This document shows positions 30,682 through 41,361 of a stretch of 64,000 bases of DNA, piece by piece (position 1 is the first letter of the stretch; each line of letters starts with the position of its first letter). Made by a program: the position numbers and the translations under genes. Source of the DNA: Nitrospirota bacterium (GTDB lineage: Bacteria; Nitrospirota; UBA9217); assembly GCA_963737155.1 (NCBI GenBank), contig CAVTRN010000002.1:800001-864000 (forward strand), read 5' to 3'. A model generated the notes under the pieces. That model ran no database searches, had not been told where the DNA came from, and saw nothing but the letters and a program-made list of their open reading frames with translations.

Positions 30682-31935
30682 ATGAGGAATATATCAGGTT
30701 TTTCAAAAAATTGGTTTTTGCCGTTGATACTGGGGGTCATGATTGGTTCGTTATACCATCACATTATTCATTTTGATCCGGTGCCGTCCGCAGAGATACC
30801 CAGTGCAGCAGCTCCGGAATTCCGGTTGATGGCCGAGGCATGGAACGCTATCGAGCAGCATTACGTCGATCGGTCTGCAGTTCAGCCTAAGAAGATGGCC
30901 TACGGCGCGGCCAGCGGTATGGTGGACTCCCTTGGTGATACAGGCCACAGCATATTTCTGACTCCGGATATGGTCCAGGAAGAACAAAGTGTGGAGCGTG
31001 GAGAGTTTGCCGGTATAGGTGCAGAGCTTCAGGTGAAAAATAAACAATTGGTCATTGTTGCGCCCATGGATGGCTCACCTGCGCAAAAAGCAGGACTTCG
31101 TCCCGGCGACGTAATCAAAAAAGTTGATGACCTCAGCGTGGAAGGGCTACCGCTACCACAGGCTATCAGCGATATTAGAGGGCCCGTCGGCACGCGAGTG
31201 TCGTTAACAATTGTGGACCCGATAACGGGGAAGGAACGGACACTCGAGATCGTTCGCGCTAAAATACAGCTTCACAGTGTTACTTGGCAGATGCTCCCGG
31301 GAACCGATCTGGCGCATGTGCGGATTGCGTTTTTCAGCAAAGGAACAGCAAAGGCCCTGGAAAAATCGCTCGCCGAGACCGAAGGCGCTGGAGCAAAAGG
31401 ATTGATTCTCGATCTCCGGAACGATCCAGGGGGCCTTCTGAACATGGCAGTGGGTGTGGAAAGTCAATTGATAAATGAAGGGGACGCGTTGCAGGAAAAG
31501 GATGCCCACGGCGTTGTGCGGCCTGTGCACCTTGAAAGTGGCTTCAAAAAATATAATCTTCCTCTTGTTGTTCTCATAAACGAAGGGACGGCGAGCGCGG
31601 CAGAGATTGTTGCCGGAGCTCTCCAGGATGCCATGCGCGCAAAACTTGTGGGTGAGACGACCTTTGGAACCGGCACAGTCCTAAAAATCGTTCCTCTTTC
31701 CGATGGTTCGGCCTTACAGCTCGCCTTCCTGGAATGGCTTACGCCGAAAGGCCGCACGATTTGGCATAAAGGCATCACACCTGATATCATAGTTTCTCTT
31801 CCCGACGGCGTGTTGCCCTCGATCCCGGAAACGGAACGGCATATCACGCTCGAAACTTTGCACGCAAGCAAGGACCTGCAGTTGATTCGTGCGATCGAAC
31901 TCATGCATGATAATTTCTCCACTCGGAGAGATTGA
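30682..31935 (+). CDS. S41 carboxyl-terminal processing protease (CtpA-like) with PDZ domain
   Basis: FAGIG PDZ loop, ILDLRNDPGG, TASAAEIVAGALQD; GETTFGTG has Thr where Lys is usual. Confidence 0.92.
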   Translation: MRNISGFSKNWFLPLILGVMIGSLYHHIIHFDPVPSAEIPSAAAPEFRLMAEAWNAIEQHYVDRSAVQPKKMAYGAASGMVDSLGDTGHSIFLTPDMVQEEQSVERGEFAGIGAELQVKNKQLVIVAPMDGSPAQKAGLRPGDVIKKVDDLSVEGLPLPQAISDIRGPVGTRVSLTIVDPITGKERTLEIVRAKIQLHSVTWQMLPGTDLAHVRIAFFSKGTAKALEKSLAETEGAGAKGLILDLRNDPGGLLNMAVGVESQLINEGDALQEKDAHGVVRPVHLESGFKKYNLPLVVLINEGTASAAEIVAGALQDAMRAKLVGETTFGTGTVLKIVPLSDGSALQLAFLEWLTPKGRTIWHKGITPDIIVSLPDGVLPSIPETERHITLETLHASKDLQLIRAIELMHDNFSTRRD

Positions 31936-32806
31936 ACAATCATCGTGTCTGGACGCCTCGTTCCTGAGTACACCAGGATGCAGAAAAAAATTGCTATCCT
32001 TCCCGACTTTGCGGGCATAACCTGAAGTCCCGCCTGAGTCCAAAAGAATGTTTAGAGCTGTCCTCGTACTGGTCGTTACAATCCGGCCTATTTTCGGTGA
32101 GTACATAAATATTCTCCAGAATCGGTTTTTCTCCTGAACATCCCAAAACACTCAGTACGGGGAATCTCCCTCCTTACGGCTGCTGCAGTACGCTATTATG
32201 CAGCTTAAGTTTTGTTTCCGGTCATCCAGTAATTTTAGAAAACAGTCTTGCGAAAGGATAGGCTTTGAAGAGAAGAGAACGCATCGTGATACCAACCTTG
32301 GTGTTTGTATGGTGTATCTGCATGCGAATAATCTCTCCGCAGCACGAGGATCCTCTTCACGATCTACTGGCACGAAACAAAAATATCAGAAGGAGCTATT
32401 CTTTTCGTTGGCCAGTGGAAGGGCCTAAGATTGTCGTCTCAAATTACAAAAACGGGCATACTGCCAATCCTGGAAACGCAGAAGTGCAGGTAGGTGTGTT
32501 CAATTTGTATCGCAAATTTGATACGTCAATAGTGGCTAAGCAATGGATGCTATTTCCAAAAAGAGCGATTTTGATAAAAACTACGATTTCAAGGATGTTT
32601 CCTCGATGCTCAGTGCCCCATAACAGGTATGCCAGTATGCTGTAGCCGGGTTGACTGGGGGAAACTGTGGTATGCTTGTAAAAAAGAAATATTGCGGACT
32701 GGGTGAACAGTCCGCAACGGCATGTTACAGGCGGATGAAATGCGTGTGTGCTTCATCGTTTTGCGAAGATAAATCTTGGCATCTCAGAGTAAGGAGGCAT
32801 GCAGTC

Positions 32807-33700
32807 ATGGCGAAATTCAGCATGATAATATTATTTTCCGTGATCTTTTCAGTGTTTGGGTGCGTTTCGACGGCAAAATACAAGGAGAGGCTCACTGACA
32901 TAGACAACCTTCAAAAGGATGTTTCGTCTCTAGAGGGAAAACTCAAACAGACAGAAGACGAATTGGCAAAGCTGAACAACGAATACGCAGACCTGAAAAA
33001 ACTGAACCAAGCCCTTTCGAAGGACAACAAGGGCATCAATGAAACCCTCAAGGCCAAAACGGATGAGTTGAATAAAAAAATCGTCGAGCTCACGGCAAAG
33101 CTTGCCAACAGGGACGTAGATGTCCACAGTCTGCAGGAGAGCATAGACAAGCTTGTCCGGGAGAATACAGCGGCAGTTTCGGAAAAGGAAAAATCCATCT
33201 CGGAATTCAGGAAGACCTACGACAGCCTCGTAGGACAAATGCAAGAGGAAATAAAAAAAGGTGATGTCACCATTACCCAGCTCAAGGACAAGCTGACGCT
33301 CAGTATGGTGGAACAGGTCCTCTTTAATTCCGGAAGTGCGAGGATAAAGAAAAACGGCAAAGAGGTACTGGACCGCGTCGCTGGAATACTGAAAAAGGTG
33401 GCCGACAAACAGATCAGGATAGAAGGTTATACTGACAACGTTCCCATAGGATCGGGGCTCGAATCAAAATTTCCGACGAACTGGGAACTTTCGACAGCGC
33501 GGGCGACCACGGTGGTAAGGTATCTGCAAGATGACGGCCTAAACCCCGAGCTTCTCTCCGCATGCGGATACTCCGAGTACCGCCCGATCGCGTCGAACGA
33601 CATGGAGGCAGGGAGGACGAAAAACCGAAGGATTGAGATCGTCCTCATACCCAAGGACTTTGTAAAGGTTCCAGCAGGGATGCCGAAGGCCGAGCAGTAA
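32807..33700 (+). CDS. coiled-coil lipoprotein with MotB/OmpA peptidoglycan-binding domain
   Basis: RBS AAGGAGG; lipobox VFGC; IEGYTDNVPI, NWELSTARA, NRRIEI. Confidence 0.88.
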   Translation: MAKFSMIILFSVIFSVFGCVSTAKYKERLTDIDNLQKDVSSLEGKLKQTEDELAKLNNEYADLKKLNQALSKDNKGINETLKAKTDELNKKIVELTAKLANRDVDVHSLQESIDKLVRENTAAVSEKEKSISEFRKTYDSLVGQMQEEIKKGDVTITQLKDKLTLSMVEQVLFNSGSARIKKNGKEVLDRVAGILKKVADKQIRIEGYTDNVPIGSGLESKFPTNWELSTARATTVVRYLQDDGLNPELLSACGYSEYRPIASNDMEAGRTKNRRIEIVLIPKDFVKVPAGMPKAEQ

Positions 33701-34564
33701 CGCGAGCAGAAGTTCGGGAACTGCAGGAGATCGCAGAAATGTTTAGAGAAATAAGGAAACAGCCGCTCAGCACTTTCAGCAACGAGGGCGTGGCCGTAAA
33801 TTCGGAAATCTGTCCTCGAAAAATATTAAGCAGAACGCACTGTCAAGCTGCAATTCCCGCGTGCTGTCTTATCCGGAAGTTAATGGATATTTTCTCTTTC
33901 GAGAGGGATTTTAGCAATCAGTTCCTTGACCGCCAAGACTGGGTGTTTGTCCTCACAGTATAGTTAGCCCTCCCCCCTAAAAGTCCAATTACCCACCTGC
34001 TACTGTAATAGGGGTTGGCTCCAGATTATTTTTTAATTCCAAAATATAGATTAATATGATATATAATGTCCATGAAATTAAGCGTCCGGACAAAATAACA
34101 TGCGATATGGATCGTTACAGTATAGCGCTGTACTAAGCGCGGAACTTTCAATTGCGCGGCGTATCCAAGGATTTATCGAGAGATCTGATTCAGCCAGGAT
34201 TGTCAACCCCCCCCTGCCTGTAAGGAACCGGGGGAAGCATCACTGGAATTTTGGGAGAAAGGTACGCGTAAGCAGATTTTATAAGTACCATCACGATATC
34301 TAGAAGACGATCTCACTGGATCCCCCGGGCCGCGCTGAATTGCAAAAGAAGTTATCATCTATGTCAACAGCTCAATCTTCACGGCCACCGACCGCAACAC
34401 CGACAAGACGCCGGGAGAGATTCTCATTACCCAAATATCTTCAAAACGGGCTTTTGGCGAATCAGGGAATAAATCCCAGATGTTAATCGGCAGCAGCACT
34501 GTTCAGCTACCGTCGTCGCTGGTGGCATTAAAATGCCCATGTTTTATAGAACGGCAGCTCCAAT

Positions 34565-35491
34565 ATGGATAGAAAAACAAAAATTATCGTCTACTTTATT
34601 CTCGGCTTTATTTCTGTGGGTCTTTTGACCCTTATTTTGAATAATTTGCAAAAGTCCTCTGTGCGATCAAATAAACTTCAAGTGGCGGCAAGTTTTTATC
34701 CACTTTATTATTTTTCTGAGCAAATTGGAGGTGAAAAAGCAAAGGTAATAAATATTACGCCTGCTGGAGCTGAACCGCATGATTATGAGCCAACAGCGCA
34801 AGATATTGCCCGAATAGAAAACTGCAAATTGCTTATATTAAATGGTGGGGGATTAGAAGCGTGGGGTGATAGTATAAAACAAAATCTCACTCCCCAAAAA
34901 ACCGTTGTTGTCACTGTCGCAGAAGGATTAACAAATCAGCAAATGACGGGAAAAGGGGAACATGCAACTGATCCTCATCTTTGGCTGAGTCCTCCTTTAG
35001 CCGAAGAAATTGTAAAGAAAATTACACAGGGTTTTATACAAGTTGATCCGGTAAATAAAGAATATTACGAGTCCAACGCAGATACGCTTGAAGCTGAATT
35101 GGCTAAGCTGGACAAAGAATACCAACATGGCTTAAGTAACTGTTTGGGAAAGAATATTATTACGTCTCATGCTGCATTTGGATATTTGGTTAATGCCTAT
35201 GGGCTTCATCAAGTTTCTATTGCTGGTTTATCGCCCGATGCAGAACCGTCTCCGATGCAATTAGCTGATATCGTAAAATTTGTCAAAGCCAATAATGTTA
35301 AATACATATTTTTTGAGAGTTTAGTAAGTCCAAAATTATCGGATATCATAGCCAACGAGGTTGGAGCAAAAACTCTCGTGCTGAACCCAATAGAGGGTTT
35401 GAGCAACGAGGAAATGTCTCAAGGGAAAAACTATTTTACAGAAATGCGAACTAATTTAGCTCATCTAAAAATGGCATTGCAATGCGAGTAG
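34565..35491 (+). CDS. znuA: zinc ABC transporter substrate-binding protein
   Basis: EPHDYEP, DPHLWLSP, TSHAAFGY, LNPIEG. Confidence 0.9.
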   Translation: MDRKTKIIVYFILGFISVGLLTLILNNLQKSSVRSNKLQVAASFYPLYYFSEQIGGEKAKVINITPAGAEPHDYEPTAQDIARIENCKLLILNGGGLEAWGDSIKQNLTPQKTVVVTVAEGLTNQQMTGKGEHATDPHLWLSPPLAEEIVKKITQGFIQVDPVNKEYYESNADTLEAELAKLDKEYQHGLSNCLGKNIITSHAAFGYLVNAYGLHQVSIAGLSPDAEPSPMQLADIVKFVKANNVKYIFFESLVSPKLSDIIANEVGAKTLVLNPIEGLSNEEMSQGKNYFTEMRTNLAHLKMALQCE

Positions 35492-36243
35492 ACCATACAA
35501 AAAATATCATAGAAGTCGAAAACGTTACCTTTGCTTATGAAGGTGAAGATGTTTTGAAAAACATCACGCTCAGTATTCACCAAGGTGACTATATAGGGAT
35601 TATCGGACCCAACGGGGCTGGAAAAACCACGTTGTTTAAAATAATGCTTGGCTTGCTTCGTCCCAAAACGGGGACGATTAAATTATTTGGACATACTATA
35701 AATAATTTCAGGGATTGGCATAAAATCGGCTATGTCCCGCAAAAAGTCACTAATTTCGACTCCAATTTTCCTGTGACCGTCTCAGAAGTCGTTTCAATGG
35801 GATTAAATACAAAAATAAGATTGTTTAACAAGACGGCAACCGAGGACAAGAGGGCTGTGCAGAATGCGCTTGAGCAGGTGGACATGTGGGACTACAGAGA
35901 CCGGCTTATTGGAGATCTGTCCGGTGGCCAGCAACAGCGCGTATTCATTGCCCGCGCATTGGTCAAGCAGCCTGAAGTAATTTTTTTGGATGAGCCAACG
36001 ACCGGTGTCGATAGGCAGACTCAAGACGGTTTTTATGCAATGCTCCAGAAGCTCAATAAAAAACTGGGAATAACCCTTGTGCTTGTATCTCACGACATCG
36101 GGCGGCTAACGAAGGAAGTGATGCATATCGCTTGCGTGGACCGCAGTTTGACCTGCCACACTTCTCTGGAAGAGTATCTCAGGGCAAACCAGTCCGCTAA
36201 TATTATTGGCCAAAAGGTTAAAATAATTACTCACCATCACTAA
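35482..36243 (+). CDS. znuC: zinc ABC transporter ATPase
   Basis: GPNGAGKTT, IGYVPQK, LSGGQQQR, C-terminal THHH. Confidence 0.9.
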   Translation: MRVDHTKNIIEVENVTFAYEGEDVLKNITLSIHQGDYIGIIGPNGAGKTTLFKIMLGLLRPKTGTIKLFGHTINNFRDWHKIGYVPQKVTNFDSNFPVTVSEVVSMGLNTKIRLFNKTATEDKRAVQNALEQVDMWDYRDRLIGDLSGGQQQRVFIARALVKQPEVIFLDEPTTGVDRQTQDGFYAMLQKLNKKLGITLVLVSHDIGRLTKEVMHIACVDRSLTCHTSLEEYLRANQSANIIGQKVKIITHHH

Positions 36244-37047
36244 ATGCTGACAGATATCTTCCATTATAGTTTTATCATAAGAGGGTTGGAGGCCGGCGTC
36301 ATTGTTGCGTTGATTGCTCCCGCCATCGGTATTTTTCTTGTTCTTAGAAGATATTCCCTTATAGCCGATACGCTTGCCCATGTATCTCTGGCCGGGATAG
36401 CGATCGGCTTGTTTTTTGGCATAAATCCGGTTCTAACTGCGCTTGGTACCGCAACCGTCGCTTCTCTCGGCATTGAACGGTTGAGGAGTTCAAAAAAGGT
36501 ATATGGGGAGTCGGCGTTGGCCCTTTTCCTTTCAGGCAGCTTGGCACTCGCAGTCGTGATTTTAAGTTTAGCGCATGGTTTTAACGCTAATTTATTTAAT
36601 TATCTCTTTGGCAGCATTGTCACGGTTACTACAAATGAGGTTTATATCATTTCTCTTCTGGCGGTTGTCATTGTCTCTATTTTGGCGTTTTATTACAAAG
36701 AGCTTGTTTACATCACTTTTGATGAAGAAGCCGCCAAGGTCAGCGGTGTGCCTACGGGCTTGATCAATTCCATTCTTATTGTCCTTGCTGCCGTGACCGT
36801 ATCTTTGGCCATACCTATCGTCGGAGTGCTCCTGATTGCCGCCCTGATCGTCATCCCGGTCGTAACTGCGCTTCAGTTTCGCAAGAGTTTTTTTAAAACA
36901 ATCATCTACGCCCAGATCATTTCTTTAGTTTCTGTTGTTTCGGGGATTTTCACTTCTTTTTTTCTCAATCTTTCTACGGGAGGTACGATCGTCTTGATCA
37001 TGCTCGCCATTTTTATCATCATCTTATCAGTTAAACAAAAGAGTTGA
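36244..37047 (+). CDS. znuB: zinc ABC transporter permease
   Basis: DTLAHVSLAG, YLFGSI, FDEEAAKVSG. Confidence 0.9.
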   Translation: MLTDIFHYSFIIRGLEAGVIVALIAPAIGIFLVLRRYSLIADTLAHVSLAGIAIGLFFGINPVLTALGTATVASLGIERLRSSKKVYGESALALFLSGSLALAVVILSLAHGFNANLFNYLFGSIVTVTTNEVYIISLLAVVIVSILAFYYKELVYITFDEEAAKVSGVPTGLINSILIVLAAVTVSLAIPIVGVLLIAALIVIPVVTALQFRKSFFKTIIYAQIISLVSVVSGIFTSFFLNLSTGGTIVLIMLAIFIIILSVKQKS

Positions 37048-37408
37048 CAGCTTAATTTAAAATGCGGTGGATGTCCCCTATTAGTTGAGAATGTAAATTT
37101 CAGCGGTCTATCCTTCAGAATATATAACACATCTCCTGTCTCTATGAAAACCGGTCTTTTACGCTTAGACAAGCGGCCTCATCTGAAAAAAATCTGCAAC
37201 CGATCACGGCATGAAGAAATAAAAAAATGAAAGGGACTCAAAATCCTTTTGGAGGAATGGCAGGTGACCTATTGTAATTTCGGAAAGCGCCGGTCCATCC
37301 ACTTCTGTATTGAAGGGAGTAGTGGAACACGCCATTTGTACGAGAGAAGGCGAAAAAGACGATGCACTTGAGCCTGTGCGCGGATTGCAATCTTCCTCAA
37401 AAGGAAAC

Positions 37409-38233
37409 CTATTGAATCAATGTGGGATAGAGCTTCGATGCGACAATGACCAAAACTGCGTAAATCAATCCCAGAACGGCAAAGTCAAATATGAACCCGT
37501 ACATGCTGTGGCCGCCCTGAATCATGAGTCCCCTTAAGATATCCACCAAATAGGTCAGAGGGTTAATCCTCGCAAAGGCCAGTAACCAGCCTGGCATGAG
37601 TTCGAGCGGGTAGATGGCGTTGCTAGCGAAAAAAAGCGGCATGGTGAGTACTTGACCAATTCCCATAAAGCGTTCCCGGGTCTTCACGATACAGGCGATA
37701 ATCAAGGAAAAAGTCGAAAAAATAGCTGATCCGAGCACTACAGCAAGGAGCACACCTGCGATCATTCCCGGGTTCAGCCTGATCTGGATTCGCATGAAAA
37801 AAGCAAGAAGGTAGATAATAAGCGCCTGTACCAAACCTCTAAATCCGGCGGAAATCGCTTTCCCAAATACCAAGGCACCTCGATAGGACGGGCTCACCAA
37901 GAGTTTATGAATGATCCCCAGGTCACGCTCCCAAATGACCGCGATCCCGTAGAAAATCGCGCTGAACAGTACGCTTTGCGCCAATATCCCGGGGCACATA
38001 AAGGCCAGGTAACTAATGTTGCCGGTGGGAATACCTCGGACTCGACTGAAAACCTGTCCGAAAACCACCAACCAGAGGACCGGCTGAACTGCGCGAGAAA
38101 AAAGTTCGGTGGGATCGCGAAGAAGTTTCTTCAGCTCAGATTCTCCAACTGCAATGCTCTGTCCTATGAAATCTGCGGGTGAAAAAGAATCAGCCGAGCC
38201 GGGTGACCGTACTCCGTGTTCTCCGGATATCAC
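37409..38233 (-). CDS. ABC-2 (DrrB-like) exporter permease
   Basis: PGILAQSVLF, WERDLG, NPLTYLVD; probable GTG start at 38233. Confidence 0.9.
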   Translation of the reverse strand: MISGEHGVRSPGSADSFSPADFIGQSIAVGESELKKLLRDPTELFSRAVQPVLWLVVFGQVFSRVRGIPTGNISYLAFMCPGILAQSVLFSAIFYGIAVIWERDLGIIHKLLVSPSYRGALVFGKAISAGFRGLVQALIIYLLAFFMRIQIRLNPGMIAGVLLAVVLGSAIFSTFSLIIACIVKTRERFMGIGQVLTMPLFFASNAIYPLELMPGWLLAFARINPLTYLVDILRGLMIQGGHSMYGFIFDFAVLGLIYAVLVIVASKLYPTLIQ

Positions 38234-39026
38234 GATAATTCCCCCCTTCTGTAATCTGAACCCCACAGCAATGAACAAAAACATCATCCAGTGTGGCCGT
38301 AGGGCTGATTGCAGTTTTCAGGTCGTTAGGTTGGCCAACGATAGCGACTTTTCCTTCATGCAAAATAGCCAGCTCATCGCAGAGCTGATCAGCTTCCTCC
38401 ATGTCGTGAGTTGTGATGAGAACTGTCATGTTGTAATCCCGTCTCAAATCCAGCAAACGGTCCCACACAATTCGTTTCGCCATCGGGTCAAGCCCGATAG
38501 TCGGCTCATCAAGAAAGAGGACGGTGGGATGGTGGAGCATCGCTTGGGCAAGCTCCAGCCTTCTTATCATTCCGCCCGAGTAAGTTTTGACGAGGTTTTT
38601 TGCATAGTTTTCTAGTCCCATAAAGACCAAAGCTTCGTCGATACGGGTAGCTCTCTCTGCTCTGGGCATACGATAGAGTTTGGCGGAGAGCACTAAATTC
38701 TCACGTCCTGTTAATGCGCCATCTGCCGAAAGCATTTGAGGGACATATCCGATACGTCTTCGGACTTGAGCAGATTCGGCGACAACATCAAAGCCGGCAA
38801 TGATTGCCGCCCCGGAAGTCGGACCAAGAATAGTCGTAAGCATTTTGATTGTGGTGCTTTTCCCTGCGCCGTTAGGACCGAGGAGACCAAAGATTTGACC
38901 ATACCTGATCTTAAGATTGAGTCTGTCAACGGCCGTTTGTTGACCAAACTTTCGCAGAAGGTCCACTGTTTGAATAGCTGAACTTTCGGTTAAGTCAGAT
39001 TTAACGTCTTGATGCGGATTTATCAC
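38190..39026 (-). CDS. ABC-2 (DrrA-like) exporter ATPase
   Basis: GPNGAGKST, YSGGMIRR, LDEPTIGLDP, TTHDMEEA. Confidence 0.93.
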   Translation of the reverse strand: MINPHQDVKSDLTESSAIQTVDLLRKFGQQTAVDRLNLKIRYGQIFGLLGPNGAGKSTTIKMLTTILGPTSGAAIIAGFDVVAESAQVRRRIGYVPQMLSADGALTGRENLVLSAKLYRMPRAERATRIDEALVFMGLENYAKNLVKTYSGGMIRRLELAQAMLHHPTVLFLDEPTIGLDPMAKRIVWDRLLDLRRDYNMTVLITTHDMEEADQLCDELAILHEGKVAIVGQPNDLKTAISPTATLDDVFVHCCGVQITEGGNYRDIRRTRSTVTRLG

Positions 39027-39054
39027 TGTGCCTTTTCTCTGTCCCCCTGAAGTT

Positions 39055-39987
39055 TTATCTTCCGGAATGAACAGTAATCACCGGGATAGACGAGTTTAAT
39101 ATGGTTTCACGGGCTACGCTGCCTAGATAGGCTTCCAATAGCATATTTCTGCCATGCGTTCCCATTATTATAAACGAATAGCCAAAGTCAGCCTCCTGAT
39201 AAACCGCGCAGGATGCCACGACAACCTTTTCATTAATTCTGTAGTCACAAGCAACTCCACGACTCTGAAAGAACCGGACCTTTTGTTCCAGGGATTTAAC
39301 GGAATCGTCCCGAATCTGTGATAGAACTTGATCAAGATTGAGCGGCACCCATCCGGAGACCGTACCGCTGTCACGAATAATAGCCCTGTAGCTGTCCCCT
39401 AAACAATGAAACATAAAGACTCTTGCGCCTATGCGCTTTGCAAGGGAAAGCGCATAGAGTTCCGCTGTGCGGCTGTTTTTGCCGAGATCGGTCGCAACGA
39501 GAATATCTATTTGTTTCTGTTTGCCGAAATCTTGAACCTTTTTCTGAGCGACAGGGCCAATTACCATCACAGGCCGCCGGGAGTTACGGATCACTTCTTC
39601 GGCGACGCTTCCTATAAGCATACGCCCCATTCCTGTCAGTCCCTGGGTGCCCATAACGACAAGCTCCGGAGCAGTCTTCGCTTGCAAGGTCTTTAGAATC
39701 TGCTCCGGAGGAGAACCTTTTTCTAAGAAAGTATGGACAGGTACGGTAAATTGACCGCCGATCTTCTCGAGTTTGTTTTGATGATGAGAGCTCCACGATG
39801 GGAGGCGGGAGACATCAAATCTGTCGCGAAAATAAGTTTTTATATCTTCCACGTACAGGAGGTCGATGCTGGCTTTGAGTTGCTGCGCCAGAGAAGAGGC
39901 AACAATGCGTATCGCCTTTGAACGATTTTTGCCTCCAGCGTCCTGACTTTCGATATCGTCAGCTACTAGGATTGAGCGTTGCGGCAT
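39055..39987 (-). CDS. tandem-domain universal stress protein
   Basis: two USP ATP motifs (VMGTQG..GSVAE; IMGTHG..GSVAR); start reassigned using RBS AAAGGA. Confidence 0.9.
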   Translation of the reverse strand: MPQRSILVADDIESQDAGGKNRSKAIRIVASSLAQQLKASIDLLYVEDIKTYFRDRFDVSRLPSWSSHHQNKLEKIGGQFTVPVHTFLEKGSPPEQILKTLQAKTAPELVVMGTQGLTGMGRMLIGSVAEEVIRNSRRPVMVIGPVAQKKVQDFGKQKQIDILVATDLGKNSRTAELYALSLAKRIGARVFMFHCLGDSYRAIIRDSGTVSGWVPLNLDQVLSQIRDDSVKSLEQKVRFFQSRGVACDYRINEKVVVASCAVYQEADFGYSFIIMGTHGRNMLLEAYLGSVARETILNSSIPVITVHSGR

Positions 39988-40216
39988 CGTCATTCCTTTT
40001 TTGTGGTGTATCACCGGCGCAGTACAGCAAGTCGCAATGTTAATATTAAAATAAACGTCCGACTCCAATGACCGATAACCACCAACACATTACTTCTTAT
40101 CAGCTTTCTAAAGAATAACACATGAGCTGTGACTTATCAAGCTGGTGGGTATCAAGCTGATCTGCTGACGTGAACTTCGATTGAATATTCATGGAGGATG
40201 CTAACGAATCTGCCTG

Positions 40217-40304
40217 CAACTTTATCATCCGCGCCGTAAAACTTCGACTCTTGTGGCAGGAATATAATGCACTGAGTCTTGCAGCAGCCAGATAAGCAAC
40301 GTTT
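40217..40304 (+). repeat. dispersed ~90-bp repeat, copy 1 (inverted copy at 53855..53941)
   Basis: shared blocks TTTATCATCCGCGC.GTAAAAC and GATAAGCAACGTTT at nearly the same spacing. Confidence 0.7.
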
Positions 40305-40557
40305 CGTTTTAGCATTGGGTTGCAAATGCCCGCTTGAATGATTTGTTCAACGAAGTTTGACTGAGCCTGCTAAAGAGTCTGATTTGCAAACCATGACTGC
40401 CGTCAGCAAAGCATTAGTAGCTGACGACAGCGCGCACAGCGCGTCCCCAAGATCTAATTTCAACTGTTCACAAAATTAGCTGCAGCAAGCCTGGTAGACT
40501 ACAAATTTCATCCTGTAGTACGCCATGTATGTCCAACGCAAATATTTTTGAGTTTAC

Positions 40558-40581
40558 AAAAAAAACCCCCGGAAGCGGGGG
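40558..40581 (-). terminator. intrinsic terminator of sodC
   Basis: CCCCCG-cttc-CGGGGG followed by a T-tract on the minus strand, about 40 nt after the sodC stop. Confidence 0.75.
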
Positions 40582-40618
40582 ATAATGTTTTATTGCAATA
40601 TTTGCGTATATCTTTGTT

Positions 40619-41149
40619 CTACTCGATAACACCACAGGCCATCCTGGCGCCGCCTCCTCCCAGTGGTGCAGGCGAATCGGAATAGTTATCTCCTCCTGCA
40701 TGGATCATGAGCGCGTGACCTTTAAGATCGGCGGTCTTGAGGCGTGGAGCTAGCACCGGCAGTGTTGCCTTGCCATCAGCCCCGACGTATAACGCAGGCA
40801 GATCACCAAGATGCCCCTGACCATAGGGTCCCTCATGCTTGCCAGTTCCCGCTGGGTCATAATGGCCGCCAGCCGACATTCCAGCCACAGATTTGTTGTC
40901 CTTCATGCCTGCCGCGCAGTCGGCATTCTGATGTACGTGAAAACCATGCAGCCCCGGTGTCAGATCGGTGAGTTGTGGGACCAGTAAAAGACCATATTGA
41001 GTATCTTTGATAGTTACTGTACCTATGTTCTTGCCTACTCCCTGGTCACTCAGCAAGTTCACCTGAACGACCATGTCTTGCGCATATACGGACCCTCTTG
41101 ACAGCAATAGCAACATTCCGATTACACCTGCAACGAATAACTTTTTCAT
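40619..41149 (-). CDS. sodC: periplasmic Cu/Zn superoxide dismutase
   Basis: [41 protein letters not shown]; signal peptide. Confidence 0.96.
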   Translation of the reverse strand: MKKLFVAGVIGMLLLLSRGSVYAQDMVVQVNLLSDQGVGKNIGTVTIKDTQYGLLLVPQLTDLTPGLHGFHVHQNADCAAGMKDNKSVAGMSAGGHYDPAGTGKHEGPYGQGHLGDLPALYVGADGKATLPVLAPRLKTADLKGHALMIHAGGDNYSDSPAPLGGGGARMACGVIE

Positions 41150-41361
41150 TACATGCTCCTCCTTTCATTCAAGTGGTACATTCGCGAAACGTTCTGCATC
41201 GCTATTATTAAAAAACATGTCGTGCGGTTATTCGCTCCGACACTTTTCCACGTTGAGTCAGGTGGTAAGTTTGAATCAGGGCAGACTCTCTTTTAAGCTG
41301 GCGGCCCTCTCCCTCTGGTCGCAAATGATTTGAACCATCAATCACCAGCCACACTTTACGC

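Noticed and set aside
32692-32717. perfect 10-bp hairpin TTGCGGACTG/CAGTCCGCAA upstream of the OmpA-domain lipoprotein
   Set aside because: Single hairpin with no U-tract or recognisable motif; not enough evidence to assign a function
34200-34265. cobalamin-riboswitch-like fragments (CTGTAA, CACTG...GGGA) upstream of znuA
   Set aside because: The core GGGAA/GGTG and B12-box elements are missing; probably chance similarity
37200-37400. possible Zur/Fur relic after znuB (EHAICT)
   Set aside because: Only a few residues match and no other Fur motifs are recoverable
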